DNA of 64,000 nucleotides from Malacoraja senta. Lineage: Eukaryota. Shown piece by piece: positions 24,872-38,744 of the stretch (the first letter of the stretch is position 1; every line of letters begins with the position of its first letter). The notes beneath the pieces were generated by a model. It was not told the origin of the DNA, ran no database searches, and saw only the letters and a list, made by a program, of their open reading frames with translations. The position numbers and the translations under genes are program-made. Location of the stretch: positions 7,876,001 through 7,940,000 of the forward strand of contig CM075990.1 of NCBI GenBank assembly GCA_038087875.1. The letters run 5' to 3'.

Positions 24872-26599
24872 ACTCATTCTTGCTGATCAATTCAACAAAG
24901 ATCACTTTAAAGCCATCATTTAACTACTTAAAGGAAAGTAATGCTGATGCTGAAAACCTGAAATAGCCAAGTAGAACAAAACAGAAAATCTATTTTAACA
25001 TTTGTATTAATAGCTTTGGGTGAAGCGCCAAAAGGTAATGATGTGGCTTAATTCTATTGTCTTCAAAGGCCACTAAAGGCATTGTGGCGATGTTTGATTT
25101 TGCATGGGGATTAACATTTTTGCCTGTATTTTGGGGATCATTACAAGTGCAAACAGTTTGGACTCTTGGCTTTCATGAAGAGGTTTTCTAATCTAAAGGA
25201 CAGAAGTTGCTGTTGCCCAATGTCAGAGTAACAACATTTTATTTTGTCCCAGCCTTTCAGTTAAATGTTAAGATTGCGTCCCGCAATACCTTTTGTTTAG
25301 GGTAATGCTTTAAAGAATTTGTAAGTCATCCAGAAACTGAACAATGTTCTTCTGAGGAGATGGTTTGGATAGGAAGAGAAATCATTAAAACAATTTGCAT
25401 TTGTTTTGTCTCTGTCATGATGGAGCATTTTACAGTCAGTGAAAAGTCCTTTTGAAGTGTTGTCACGTTGTAATATAGGAAATGTGACAACCAATTTGCA
25501 CACAGCAAGTGTGATAATGAGCAGAGGGTGTTATTGTGATGATAATTTGAAGGGTCAATTTTGACTAGCACAGTAGGGAGTTAGCCCGGGGCTCTGAGAT
25601 GATGCCGTGGTGTTTTTGTGCAACTGAGAGAGCAATGATGTGAATAACAGGATATGTGGATACTGGAGAAAGGGGGATGCATGAATGCACTCAAGATGGC
25701 CAACTTGATACAACTTTCAAAATGCAGGATTGGAGATTCGGTGGTGGTTAATGTAATATTGAGAAAGTAGTGTAAAAATGTTTAATGTCCATTGCTTTAA
25801 CATGGAAATGAAAAAATGTCCTAAATATTTACAAAATATATGTTAATGCTCAGTTAAATGCTCAGTTGGAGTATTAGTTGTAATATTTAAGAAGGATGGC
25901 AAAAATATGTCAAATGGTACTAAGGAAAATAGAAAAACTGAAATAGTGTAACGTTAGATATTTTCAAGGGAGGTTCACACAGAGAATATTTTTGATAAAG
26001 AAAATTGATTTGAGTAAGATTGTCTGTAACCACAGGGAACAGTATTAAAGTATTATTTTCTTTACAACACTTGACATGGAGTAATTTTCATATGCAGCAA
26101 GCAATGAAGGCAGAAAAACAGTGAAAGCAAAAAAAGTTGGTATTTTTAAGAGTTTTGAATCAAACCGTTTATATGGCTGTTGAGAGAAAGCTCTCTGCGC
26201 ACAGTCCCGACTGGAAACAAAACCTATTCATATTCTCCACAGATGCTGCCGGACCATCTGAGATAACCAGCACGTTGTGTCTTTATGTTTAGTATTGTTT
26301 GATCTGATTGGGTGGAAAAACAAAGCTTTTCACTGTATCTCGGTACATGGGACAATTATAAAACTAAACCTAAACACCTAAACCTATTGTGCACAAGCTA
26401 TCAATATGTGAATTCAAATGTAACGGAATCAATAATTCCATCATGTTAATCTAAAATGAAAAAGCAGTGTTCTTGGCTAATGAATTCAAATTTTGCAGTT
26501 CCGATGGCTCCTTAGATTTCAATTAAAGTTCTTTGATTATAGTTCTTGTTACTTCATTGACGTGTGAGTACATGTCAGAAATCATTTTGATTTCTTAGA

Positions 26600-27010
26600 A
26601 TGGCCACTTCAAATTCCTGGGCATTAAAAACTTAGAAGACTTGTCCTGGGCCCAGCATGTAGATGTAATGATGAAGAAGCATGTTGGCACCTCTACTTAG
26701 AAGCTTGGCATTTCTCCGAACACTCTTACAAGCTTCAACAGCTGCACTATAGAAGGTATCCTGACTGGTTCCTAGGCAGGCTAGGCTATTCCAATGCACA
26801 AGAGCGCAAGATAATGTTGTGTGCTGCCCTCCTCTATTGGGGTGTGGTGCTGCCTCAAGGATGTGGCATTTATCATCAAGGATCCCCACTATCTGAGCCA
26901 TGCCTCTGTCTCACTGTTACCATCGGGCAGGAGATGCAGAAACCTGAAGCACCACATCAGGTTCAGGAACAGGTACTTCCCACAATATTACATTAAACCT
27001 GTTTATCCCT
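26600..27010 (+). mobile_element. Rex1-type LINE 3' fragment (decayed)
   Basis: ttcaaattcctgggcatt (FKFLG) and atcatcaaggatccccac...accatcgggcaggagatgcaga...caggttcaggaacag 3' motifs. Confidence 0.7.
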
Positions 27011-27079
27011 AATCCAACCTCGACAACAGAAGGCCACAGTCAACCTCTTGCACTAACATGGACTTTTATTCATATGTTC

Positions 27080-27502
27080 AAATAGGCATTCAGCCCATCG
27101 AGACTACTCTGCCATTCAATCATGGCTGATCTATCTTTCCCTCTCAACCCCATTCTCCTTCTCCCCATAACCCCTGACACACTTACTAATCAGGAATCTG
27201 GCAATCTCCGCCTTAAAAATATCCATTGGTGGACTCCAGCCATCTGTGGCAATGAATTCCACAGATTCACCACCCTCTGACTAAAGTAACTCCTCTTTTA
27301 TCTTTCCTTTATCTTTTCTAAAGGTACGTCCTTTTATTCTGAGGCTATGGCCTCCGGTCCTACACTCTCCCATTAGTGGAAACATCCTCTCCACATTCAT
27401 TCTATCCAGGCCTTTCATTATTTGGTAAGTTTCAATCAAGGGTCCCCTCATCCTTCTAAACTCCAGCAATTTCAAGCCAAGTGCCTTCAAACACTTGTCA
27501 TA
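27080..27502 (-). mobile_element. CR1-type LINE 3' fragment
   Basis: ORF 27281-27490 encodes LEFRRMRG.LIETYQIMKGLDR....MFP..GE.RTGGHSLRIKGR. Confidence 0.82.
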
Positions 27503-27879
27503 TTCTTCTATTTATATTTTGCAGCAATTTTTTTTGGCAGTCTTTTAGAAATTTTGTGTAATTTATATATAATTAGTTTGTATGTTTGCCTGAGTCTGTG
27601 ACAGCCGTTACTAGTAAGATTTTTCATTTTACATGCACCTCACTGTGCTTGTTCAAATGACAATAGACTCGAATTGATTTTGTTGAATGTCATCCTTCTG
27701 GTCAAATTATTAAACACAGATTAGATTGGCATGGTAAGCCAGTGCCTGCAACAAACATAAATGGGGGAAAAAGTAATGTGATCCTGAAATGTAATGCATG
27801 TGCGAAAGGAGGTTGTTAAGATAACGAAGATCAGTTTCCTCTATAAGTGAAGCAATGCAGCATCAAAACATGGAGGTTC

Positions 27880-28208
27880 ATAAGTGCATAAGTAATAGGA
27901 GCAGAAATAAGCCATTTGGCCCATCAAGTCTACTTTGCCATTCAATCATGGCTGATCTATTTCCCTCCTAACCCCATTCTCCCCGTAACCCCTGACACCT
28001 GTACTAATCAAAAATCAATCTGTTTCTGCCTTAAAAGTATCCATTGACTTGGCCGCCACAGCCTTTTGTGGTAATGAATTCCACAGGTTCACCGCCCTCT
28101 GAAAGAAATTCCTCCATCTTCCTAAAGGAACGTCCTTTAATTCTGAGGCTATGACCTCTGATCCTAGACTCTCCCACTGGTGGAAACAACCACTCTATCC
28201 AGGCCTTA
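27880..28208 (-). mobile_element. CR1-type LINE 3' fragment
   Basis: Same 3' sequence as 27080-27502. Confidence 0.78.
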
Positions 28209-28519
28209 CCAGGTTATTCTGAACCTTTTATAAAACGTGCACGATCTCAGCTGGACTACTGTCTCGGTCAGTCCTTATGCAAGGTCTCAACCTGAAACAT
28301 CAGCGAACCCTTTGCCTCCATGGAGTTCCTGCAGCAGCTCGTTTTTATGCAGATTATTAAGATGACGTATAGCAGTGGTGTTTGGAATTATGAATGGTTT
28401 ATCATGGGTATTTAAGAATTAGACACAGAAAAGACTGTTTTGATTGAAGAGGCTGTTTCAAGTGAAGATGGGACATTTTAAAGGCAGACTTTTCATTGTC
28501 TGAGGAAGACCTCAGAACC

Positions 28520-29060
28520 ATCTGAACCATTCCTAACCATCTATCCAAATATCTTTTGCAAGTTGTAATTGTATTTACGCCTACAGATTCCTCTGACAAC
28601 TTGTTGCAGGTATGGATTGCCCTTTAAGTGAAAGAGTGGCTCATGGGGTCCCTCTTAAATCTCTCTCCACTTATCTTAAGCCTATGTCGTCTCGTTTTGG
28701 AATTCTCTACTCTGGGGACAAGACTCTAAGCATTAACTTTATTCATGCTCCTCAGATTTTGTATACCTGAAGGAGGTCGCTCCTCGGACTCTTATGCTCT
28801 TAAGTAAAATATTCCATCTTAACCATTCATTCCCTGCAACTCAAGCCACAAGTCCAGATAACATCCTGGTGAATCTCTTTTGCACCGCTTTCAATTTAAG
28901 TCCTTCCTAATGCAGGGCACGCCAAACACATAGTAGCCAAAGTATGGTTCATTGATGGCATGTTCAGCTGTATAATCATGTCCCAACTTTTGTACTCAAA
29001 ACGCTTCCCAGTGAAGGCACTCATGCCAAATGACACCTTCACTGCCCTGTTCACCTGAAC
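28520..29060 (-). mobile_element. Older CR1-type LINE fragment
   Basis: Degenerate CR1 RT C-terminus (aacatcctggtgaatctcttttgcacc; ITTCKRYLDR). Confidence 0.6.
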
Positions 29061-31564
29061 CGCCCTGGCGTTTCAGTTGTATGATTTACAATTAGGGAGC
29101 ACAGATATAATGTGGCTGGGAAACAAATTAGAATTTTTGTCCACAATATTATGATCTGGAATGATTAGATTAAAAGGCAGTGGATGTAAATTCAACAGTG
29201 AATGTCGAAAGGAAATGAAATACCTATGATAAATCTTCAAGCTCAAGAAGTGAGAAGTAGGTGCAATTTGGCGAACATGATGAACAAAATGATTTCTATT
29301 TGTATTCTGCAATAGAACACAAAATCTTCAGCGGGGACTTGGATAATAATTGTCCTGTAAGGTGAGGTAATGTTTTCTCTCTTAAAACATACATCATGCC
29401 ATCCAACTCTTGAAGACTGCTCAAAAATGTATTATATCATTACTAATTTCTACCTCATTAATCTGCCTTAAAACTGTAATCCTAAAATCCTGTATCAAAC
29501 AAAAATCTGGCACACTGTTTTGAAATTTTCATTAAATCATCCACTAACCTTCCACGTTGCAGAAGACAAAGTAGTGTTGGTATCCAATCGTCGGTTTTAT
29601 CTTTTTTTTAGCCCCAATATTTGGATATGTATCTGTGAAAACTTGCTGTTAAGACATCCTCAAGGTCAATGTTTACTTTGAAGCAGAGTCCGAAAGAACA
29701 GATGTCATTCCAAGGCCTGACAAAGTTTTATACAGCTAACGTTCCAATGCTTTTGAGATCAAAAGTCAGCATTTCCTTGGGTTTTAAAATTATTTTTAGT
29801 CCCTTTCTGAAGCCTTAAATTTCATACATGGTACTCCTGAACCCCTTTACTTTTGGTACCAAGATTAGCAGAATTTTACAAAATATTCTGCCCTATCTTC
29901 CATTGTTTCATGTGGGTGGCCACATTTCCCAACAGATGTCTTGCTGCCAGTTGGCTCACTGGCAGCCTATTCCTGCCCCTTTGGCAATAGCAGCCTAAGC
30001 AGTTTAGTTGAACATTGTATTGCTGTGTGATGAAGCTGTAACCTGGGATTTTATCAAGGTGCTTCCTGATTACAGCACTGCCAAGATCAATTATTTCTGA
30101 TTGGGAATCTGTTCCAGCTGTTGGGCCCTGTCTTGTGTGGACATTTTCTCTGGGGAAACAAACATGGACAAGAGTTTGCAGCTTAATTATCTGCTCACTT
30201 GTTTAAACCATTCCAACCCTCTGTTAGGAGCAATAATAGGCCATTTGGCCCATCAAGCCTACACTTTCATTTATCATGGCCACAGCTACTCATCTTGCTC
30301 GGTTTTATTTTCCTGTCCTATTCCTACTTAGATTTTGTTTTAAATCCAGGTCCATGATCGCTCTTTTGGATAAGTGCTGTGTACAGTTTTAGTCCCAATA
30401 TATTTTTCGTACTTCATTGGAGACCGTCCAAAGAAGGTCCACTCAGTTGATGGGATGATGTTTGCAAGGTGTTTGAGCAGACTGACCCAATTCAATTACT
30501 TCAGATTGACTTGTGATTTATTTTACTGAAGTACAAGATTCTGATGGGGTTTAACAAGGTATATGCTGAGAATTTGTTTCCCTTGGTTTTAGTGGGTTAT
30601 GGGGTGGTGATATCCAGAAGTGGATTGCATCATTCTAGAAGAAAGGGCGGTTCATTTAAATTGGAGATGACAAGGAATGTATTTCTCTTTAGAATTCTCT
30701 TTCTCCTCTTGTCAATAGCTTTATTTGTCACACATGCAACTGAACAGTGAAATTCTAATTGTATACATTGCACACGTGGGCACCGCCATTTGTGCAACAG
30801 TCATTAAATATATTCAAGGCAGAGCTCTGGACCTTTCAACAGCGAGTGAGTTGGAGTATGAGAAAACAGGAAAGTGTTGTTGAAGCCAATTATCCTTTTG
30901 CTCTTGGCTCTTGTGTTAACCAAGACTCAATATAATTACAGTAAAACTGGGTATCCTTTCTCTATCAATTTGTGTAACAATTTTGTTTGAGCCTCAATTC
31001 AAAGCAGTAATTTGGATTTTTGCGTTGAATGACATTTGAATATTTTTTTAAATATAAATTATGCTGCACTGCATATGCAAAACAAAAGATCGGCTTTATT
31101 TGCGTTAAAGGTAAATCTTTCTAATCTCCATTCTCACCCCGTCCCACTCCACTGGCCCCATTTTTCTTAAGGACCAGGCCTTTGCTTGTGCAGGTAGTTG
31201 GAATCTGAACATTGACGTTCCACTTCCAGTCTACTTGACAAATACTGTGTCTCATGAAGGCTCATGTTTATTTAATTTCCATTTGTGTGAACTATGCAGC
31301 AAGGTTCAGAATACCAGCAAAGTTGGACAAATTTTGACCTCATTGTCACTTTTCACTCGTGATCCAGACATCTCCAGTTTTTTGTGTAATTTGCCGTGAC
31401 GTAGCTGGTGCAAGTTGAAGTTGTTACATTTTGGATTCAAATAGAAACATAATTACTGGGAATGAATGAGTAGGTGGATGCTATGATGTAGATTAACCTT
31501 ATCCAATGCATAATTAAAATGCAAAGCTATATTTTCTAATGTTATATTTTTGTCTCTTCCTCAG

Positions 31565-31705
31565 TCTCCAACTAAAGCTGTGTATAATGCCAGACACTGG
31601 AATCAGCCCGAGGCGGAGGAGCACCCTTCAACACTGTCACAATCTCACAACGCAGCAGGGAGTGCCACAAGCAAGCAGCCACTGGCGCAGTCTCAGACAA
31701 CACTG
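31565..31705 (+). CDS. WAPL: WAPL coding exon, 141 nt (SPTKAVYNARHWNQPE...SQTTL)
   Basis: Polypyrimidine tract then cctcAG|TCT; donor CTG|GTGAGT; phase 0/0. SPTKAVYNARHWN is a conserved WAPL peptide. Confidence 0.92.
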
Positions 31706-31844
31706 GTGAGTGTCCATTATTGGTGCAGAAATCAGAACGTGCCTCTTGGCCAAGTGGCATTTTTAATAAACACAGTTGCCCTTTATGGATGGTGCTGGAG
31801 AGTGTTTGAAAGCTAGGCTCTGGTGTTGGTCTCTTACACAGACA

Positions 31845-32052
31845 CGGTGGTGTGTAAATGGAATGAACTGCCGGAGGAGGTAATTGAAGCAGAAACTATG
31901 ACAACATTTAAAAGGCATTTGGACAAGTACATGGATAGGAAAGGTTTAGAGGGATATGGGCCAAACACAGACGGGGGGACTCTTGTTTTTGGGGCACATT
32001 GGTCAAGCTGGGCCGAAGGGCCTGTTTCCGTGCTGTATGACCCTGACTCTAA
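31845..32052 (+). mobile_element. CR1-type LINE 3' fragment
   Basis: Encodes WNELPEEVIEAETMTTFKRHLDKYMDRKGLEGYG. Confidence 0.8.
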
Positions 32053-32474
32053 TGTAAGAAATGCACATCTTTGACGGTGCCTTTCTCCTGTCTTCTTGTG
32101 TGACTACTGGAAAGACATCTATCAATTCTCCAGATGTTCCTTTGGCTCCTTGCTGCAGTTTGCTCCATTTAATCTGTGCGGCAGCTTCTCCTACACTCTT
32201 TCATAAAGAGAAGACACATTTTGCCTTTTTCTCACCAGTTATTATTGTGGCAAAATCTAATTGCTTCAGTGTCACCAAGCTCCACCTTGTTCGTTCATGT
32301 AGAGGTTTCAATGCAAAACAAAGCCGTTTAGCCCAATCAATTCATGATGACATCTAACTTTTTCGAGGGCATCACCCCCATGTGCTCTCATCCCATTTAT
32401 TTTGTCCACACATTCCTTCCATTCATTTTCCCAATCTAATTTGGAATGTTGCTGCTGTTTCAGCCTTGCCTTCT

Positions 32475-32825
32475 AGAGTCATACAGCATGGAAACAAGCC
32501 CTTCGGCCCAACTTGCCCACACCGACCAACATATCCCATCTACACTAGTCCCAGCCTGCGTTTGGCCCATATCCCTATAGACCTGTCCTATCCATGTACC
32601 TGTCTAATTGTTTCTTAAATGTTGCAATAGTCCCTGCTTCAACTACCTCCTCTGGCAGCTCGTTCCATACACCCACCGCCATTTGTGTGAAAAAGCTACC
32701 TCTCAGATTCCTAATAAATCTTTCCCCCTTCATCTTAAACCTATGTCCTCTAGTTCTCGATTTCCCCTATTCTGGGCAAGAGACTCCTCGTCTACCCGAT
32801 CTATTCCTCTCATGATTTTGTACAC
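32475..32825 (-). mobile_element. CR1-type LINE 3' fragment
   Basis: Reverse complement of the family at 31845 and 38190. Confidence 0.8.
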
Positions 32826-34254
32826 CCCTACTCCAGAAAGAGGTCTTCAACATCAAAATCTATTTCTTCTGCCTCCTTCTGATCCTCTCATCTCCATTCC
32901 CTCATTTGTTCACCGGAATTCACTGGGAACATTAATGACTTAATAGTACTCATATTGTCCATTAAAATTGAGGCTGAATTGTTGACAGTTCTTACAGATG
33001 TTTGTGGGAAATAATTAATGTTTGATAAGATTTATCTTTGAAACTGGAATCGCTGACATTTAGCAGAGGAGGAATGCATTGTTCTTTCCTGCATTGTCAC
33101 TTTCTGGCTAAGTTAAAAAAAATAATCCTCGTGTAGTGGTTGGTTTCCCTTCCTTTAAGATTTGAATTGAAGTCCTTGCTTGGTTTCTGAAATAAAACAT
33201 AAATGTATAAATACTCACCAGGTCTACGTGCCAATACTGCAAAACAAAACCACGTGATAATAAGCTTTCAGGAGATGAAATGTCATTGATGTGAAACATC
33301 AGCTCACTGCCTCTGTTTGTGCCAACACTACCTGAAAGACTATTTTCAGCATTTCCTGTTTCCTCTGCAGTTTACCAACATCTGCAGTATTTTGCTTTCT
33401 CTGTTCCAATATTAAGAATACTTACTCTCGCCTTATGTCTCAGCCCATGGACTGATGACTTTGCTCTATACCTTTTATAAACATAGACCTGTTTCAGATG
33501 ATCAGTCAGTGCTGACTGAACAGTGATTAACGCCCAGCCGGTGACCTACTTACAGCTGAGTTATGGCTAAATGCCATATGACTTGCCTTTACACAACTTT
33601 ACACTGAGCTTGAATTTCAGCTTGACTGTCTTTCTGGGTGATTTTACAATCAGTCTCCTTCCCAAACAGAAATTTATCTGGATGTATTTTTAAAAATTTA
33701 TTCTTATAGCTTCTACTTTTTTATTACTTTGCCAGATGAGGATGTTATTTGTTGCTTTGGCTTAATTAGAAGGAAGTGGTAAAGTGCTGCCTTGAACTGA
33801 TGAAGATAGTCCTTCAGCATTGTTGCAGATCGAGTCTAGCTGATATGTTCAATGTTGTCCGTCCATTTCTTGACTTTTAATATTTCCAGGGCAATAGGTG
33901 TGCTATCTGAAGAGCGATTGAGTAGACTAGGACTTTTGCAAGATTTAGACATCACTGGCAAGGCCAACATTTATTGCTCATGTCTTGCTGCTCTTAACAG
34001 AGAAATTGATGGTGAGCCACCCACAACTGCGTGGCCTGCTAGACCACTTGATATTGGTTTATTATTACAACGTGTACGGAGATAGAGTGAAAATCTATCA
34101 TCCTGTACATGAGCACAATCAAGCCATATGCAAGTACAACAGATCGAGCAAAGAGAAAAATATCAGAGTTTAGAATATAGTGTTCCAACATTAGAGCTTT
34201 GTTACAGAGAAGAAGTTCAAGGTCAGCATTGTGATAGGTTGGAAGGGCGGGTCC

Positions 34255-34910
34255 ACACCCTTATATTATAACCATACTGTTCAGTAGTCCGATAATTGTG
34301 AGGAAGAAGCTGTTCCTGAATCTAGTGGGACATGCCCGATGGAAGAAGGGAGAAGAGGGAATGACCGGGCTGAAAAAGATTCTTAGGTTGACTGCTTTCT
34401 CAACGCATGCATGAAGAGTAGATGGAGTTGATTGTTGGGAGGGTGGAATGTGTGATAGACTGGGCTGCATCCACAACACTGTGACGTTTTGCAGTCTTGG
34501 GCAGAGGTATTGCCAAACCAGGTTTTGATGCAGCCCAGTATTAAGAGTCAATGACCTTCTCCAGTCTTCTTAGATAGAAGAGTTGTTGGTGTGCTTTCTT
34601 GACCATAGCCTCAATATGGTTGGTCCAGGACAAGTTGTTTGAGATATTTACACCCAGAAACATGAAGCTCTAGAAGCACTGGCACCATTAATGCTGATTG
34701 TGTTATGTACTCCACCTCGCTTCCTGAAGTCAAGAACTAATTCCATCATCTTGTAACATTGTAGAGGTTGTCTTGATACATTCTATCTTCTTTCTGTACT
34801 CTAATCGTCATTGTTGATCTCTGGCCCACCTCAGTTGTCATCTGCAAACTTGTAAATGGAATTAGACCAGAATTTAGCCACAGGGTCGTGAGTGTATAGG
34901 GAGTATAGCA
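34255..34910 (-). mobile_element. Rex1-type LINE fragment (decayed)
   Basis: gtcatctgcaaacttgt is the reverse complement of KFADD; also the TRFRNSFF..IIGLLN 3' motif. Confidence 0.72.
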
Positions 34911-36767
34911 AGTGTCTTCAGAGGGCATTTGAGTTAACCAGATTGGTGTATCTGGAATCAGGCTAAATAAGTATGGCATATTTCCTACTCTAGAGGTCAC
35001 AGTCTTAGAATAAGAGATGGGCTATTTATGACTGAGATGAGAGTGAGAAATCTGTGTAATTCTTTATCTCAAAGGCCAATGATGTTTTTAGTGAGTTTGG
35101 TCAATTTTCTAAATATTAAGGGAGTTCAAGTATATGGGAATAATGTCAGGAAATGGCACTGAGGGGTAAAAGGTCTGGCATGATTTTAATACTGATCTCA
35201 AAACAGCCGAGTTACCTGCTCCTGCTCCTGCTCCAAGTTACTATATTTCCTTGAATTTTGTCATTTTTGAAATTGAGGCTTGAAAACCTGTTTAGTTTAA
35301 CTCTGCTCTGGCTGTATCTTTCTTCTACATCTGTCTTCGATATTCCTTATCAACGGGTATATGCACTTTCCAATTGTATGGTTTCAGGAGAACATAGGAA
35401 TAAGAGGAGGAGTAAACCATTTGGCCCCTCATGCCTGCTCATCATTTGACACTCACAGCTGATCTTTTACCACAGCACCACCTCTCTGCATTAATCACTT
35501 GATTCCTTTAATAAACTGTTGAATTGCAAATTATGGCACCACTTTGCTACTATTCTCCTGAATCATGGTGCTTTTTTTTTGTGAGCAGCCAGATCAATAT
35601 TATGACATTTCACAAAGAAAATAACTGTTAAAAGAAAATCCTGACGTCACATTAGCAAGATGAATATTTTTTTAAAATACAAAGATCAAGACCCATTTTC
35701 TGATCTTGGTAGGTATACCATTTAAAAGCCCACCACAGTACTTAATTAGCAAATAATTGTCAGTGTAATTGCTGCTCGTGCCATACTAGATTGCAATCTT
35801 GTTTGTGGCACGTAGTTGTAATTTGATGTTTGAGAGCATGTTTCTCATAGCAGTGAACATAGGTATAAATTATGTATAATGAAGTGTTCCAGCATTTTAT
35901 TTACTTTTCAATAACTAACCAGATAAAGTAGGATTATGACCACATCTTGGGTTTGATGCTCATGGAAGCCAATAATAATCCAAAAAAAGCATTTCCAAAT
36001 CTAAACTTAGGTTATTGTTATACATAATTGGACTCCTTTATGCCACAAATGATATTCCTACACTCTGCACCATACATAATCTTCATTGAGAGGAAACAGT
36101 GGGTGGTATAATGGCACAGCAGATCTTGCCTCCCAGTTACAGTAACCAGAGTTTGTTCTTGAGCTTGCGGGATACACTTATAGAGAGAGGAGGCTGCAGA
36201 AAGAGGCTGAATCAGATCACAGTGACCCAAAAAAGAGGCACGCTGCAGACACTGGAATCTGTAACAAAAAAAATGTAGAACTCAGCAGTTTAGGCAGTAT
36301 CCGAGAAGGGAAATGGGTAGCCAATGTGTCGGGTCGAGATCTTTCATCTAGAATTGGGAGGGGAATGAAAAGAACTGATGTGCATGGTAAAAGGGAATGG
36401 ATTACAAATAAATAATTGGGTCAGTGTGATTACTGTGAGAGCCAGCAATGACGAGATGGACTGAAAGCCTCTTGTTTCATACAGAGATGTATGAAATAAC
36501 AGAACTAACGAAAATAAGGAAAATATTGATTTGTCATTTAATGTGCTTTATTTTTAGCGTGATCTTCCTCTTTCTAAACAAGTGCCAATTGTTTTCTGTT
36601 TCATCTTCAGTATGGCTAAACATTTACCATAAGATTCTCATTATTACAATTGATGAGGCCAGTTGCATAACTGTTGGGTTACATGCAGTAGTTGAAGCTT
36701 TCTCTGTGTGCACCACTTTTGTCAGACATTTTCTTCTTAACCTGGTTATAATTTGGATTTTGCTCAG

Positions 36768-36920
36768 GTCGTAGCCACCACAAATGAAACTGCTCAGAAG
36801 GATGAAGGAGTCTTCAAAGCACCTCCTCCTCCTCCCCGCGTTATCAAAACCGTAACCATACCAACCCAGCCATACCAAGACATTGTGACTGCACTGAAAT
36901 GTAGGAAGGAAGATAAAGAG
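36768..36920 (+). CDS. WAPL: WAPL coding exon, 153 nt (VVATT...[36 protein letters not shown])
   Basis: Acceptor gctcAG|GTC and donor GAG|GTATTG; phase 0/0; conserved WAPL peptide. Confidence 0.93.
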
Positions 36921-37120
36921 GTATTGGTCTCATCTCCTCTCAGATTAACTTGGATGATAAAATTGTACTTGGAGGTTGGTGGGGATTTCTGCAAAGCTTG
37001 TAGTCATTGAATCCAAGCTGCTCTTTTTTGCATTGTTAAAACACAGAAAATATTTTGCGTTGCTCATAAGTTGTAAGATCTCAGTACAGTTTACATTGTA
37101 TTAACAATGTAGTCCCAAAT

Positions 37121-38152
37121 GAAGGAACTGCAGATGCTGGTTGAAACCAAAGTTAGACACAAAAAGCTGGAGTAACTCAGCGGGGCAGGCAGCATCTCTG
37201 GAGAGAAGGAATGGGCGACGTTTCGGGTCGAGATCCTCTTTCAGACTAACGTCAGGGGGGAGGGAAATAGATAGATAAGGAAATGTGAAGGTGTGAAAAC
37301 AGGGCAAAGTGAATGGAGATCAAGGAAAATGTAGAATAGATCTTTGTTAGCTGGGAGAAGGTAACAACAAAGCAAACAGAAAATGTAGTCGGAGACAGTA
37401 AGACTGGTCCGAGAACTGGGAAGGGGGGAGGGATGGAGAGAGAGTGAAAGTAAGGGTTACGTGAAGTTAGAGTAGTCAATGTTCATACTGTTAGGAAGTA
37501 AGCTGCCTAGCGAAATATGTGGTGCTGTTCCCCTAATTTGCGCTGGGCCTCACCCTGACAATGGAGGCCCAGGACTGAAAGATAAGTGTGGGAGTTAAAG
37601 TGTCCAGCAACCAGGAGATCAGGTAGGTTCAGGCAGACTGAACCATACCAAGCCATTGTGACTGACCATTCAGGTGGTCGGCTAAATGATCGCCGAGTCT
37701 ACCCTTGGTCTCGCCGATATACAGGAGTCCACACCTGGAACAGCAGATACAGTAGATGAGGTTGGAGGAGGTGCAAGTGAACCTCTACATCACCTGAAAA
37801 GACTGGGGGTCCTTGGACGGTGTCAAGATGGGAGGTATAAGGACAGGTGTTACGTTTCCTGTGGTTGCAGGGGAAAGTACCTGGGGACGTGGTAGTTTTA
37901 GTGGGAAGGGACGAGTTGACCAGGGAGTTGCTGAGGGGACAGTCTCTGCAAAAAGGGGTGGAGATGAGACGATGTAGCTAGTGGTGGGATCCCTTAGAGG
38001 TGGCGAAAATGTTGGAGGATTATGTGTTTTATGTGACAGCTGATGGGGTGGAAGGTGAGGACTAGGGGGACTCTGTCCCTGTTACGTCTGGGGGGGGAAG
38101 CAAGAACGGAGCTGTGGTATATCGAGGAGACCCTAGTGGGGGCCTCGTCTGT
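37121..38152 (-). mobile_element. Penelope-like retroelement 3' part with terminal repeat
   Basis: Reverse-complement similar to 9394-11461 (GIY-YIG region, gaaggaactgcagatgctgg end). Confidence 0.82.
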
Positions 38153-38189
38153 GATTGCCTATACCAAGGTCTAGTGTGCCAAGTTAACT

Positions 38190-38692
38190 CTAGGAGTATT
38201 GAGTCTAGTTTTGGTCATCCTGCTACAGAAAAGATGTTAAGCTGGAAAGAGTGCTGGTAAGATTTACAAAGCTCTTGCCAAAACTTGAGGGCCTGAGCTC
38301 AGGGAGAGGTTGACCAGGCTAGGACTTTTATTTTAAGTGCAAGAGGATGAGAGGTGATCTTATAGAGATGTACAAGGCCAAGGGAATAGATGGGGTTGAT
38401 CTGCAGTCTTTTCCCCAGAGGAATCAAGAAACATAGGTGTTGTGTTGGCTGGGAGGGGAAAGATTTAATAGGAACCTGAGGAGCAACTTTTTCACTTGGC
38501 GGGTGGTGGTTACATTAAGCTAGTTGTGAGAGGGGGTACGTGAGGAAGGTGCGATAATAACTTTTAAAATACATTTGGTATGTGGATATGAAAGGTTTAG
38601 AGGGATGTGGGTCAAGTGTAGATGGGACATCTGGTCAGCATGGGCAAGTTGGCCGAAGGGTCTGTTTTGGTGCTGTATGACTCTGACTCTAT
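38190..38692 (+). mobile_element. CR1-type LINE 3' part
   Basis: gaggatgagaggtgatcttatagagatgtacaag (RMRGDLIEMYK) and a (ACTCTG)n-like tail. Confidence 0.8.
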
Positions 38693-38744
38693 CTTGCATT
38701 TAGCTGATGAAATTCTAAGATACTGGTTTGTTTTTGTATTTCAG

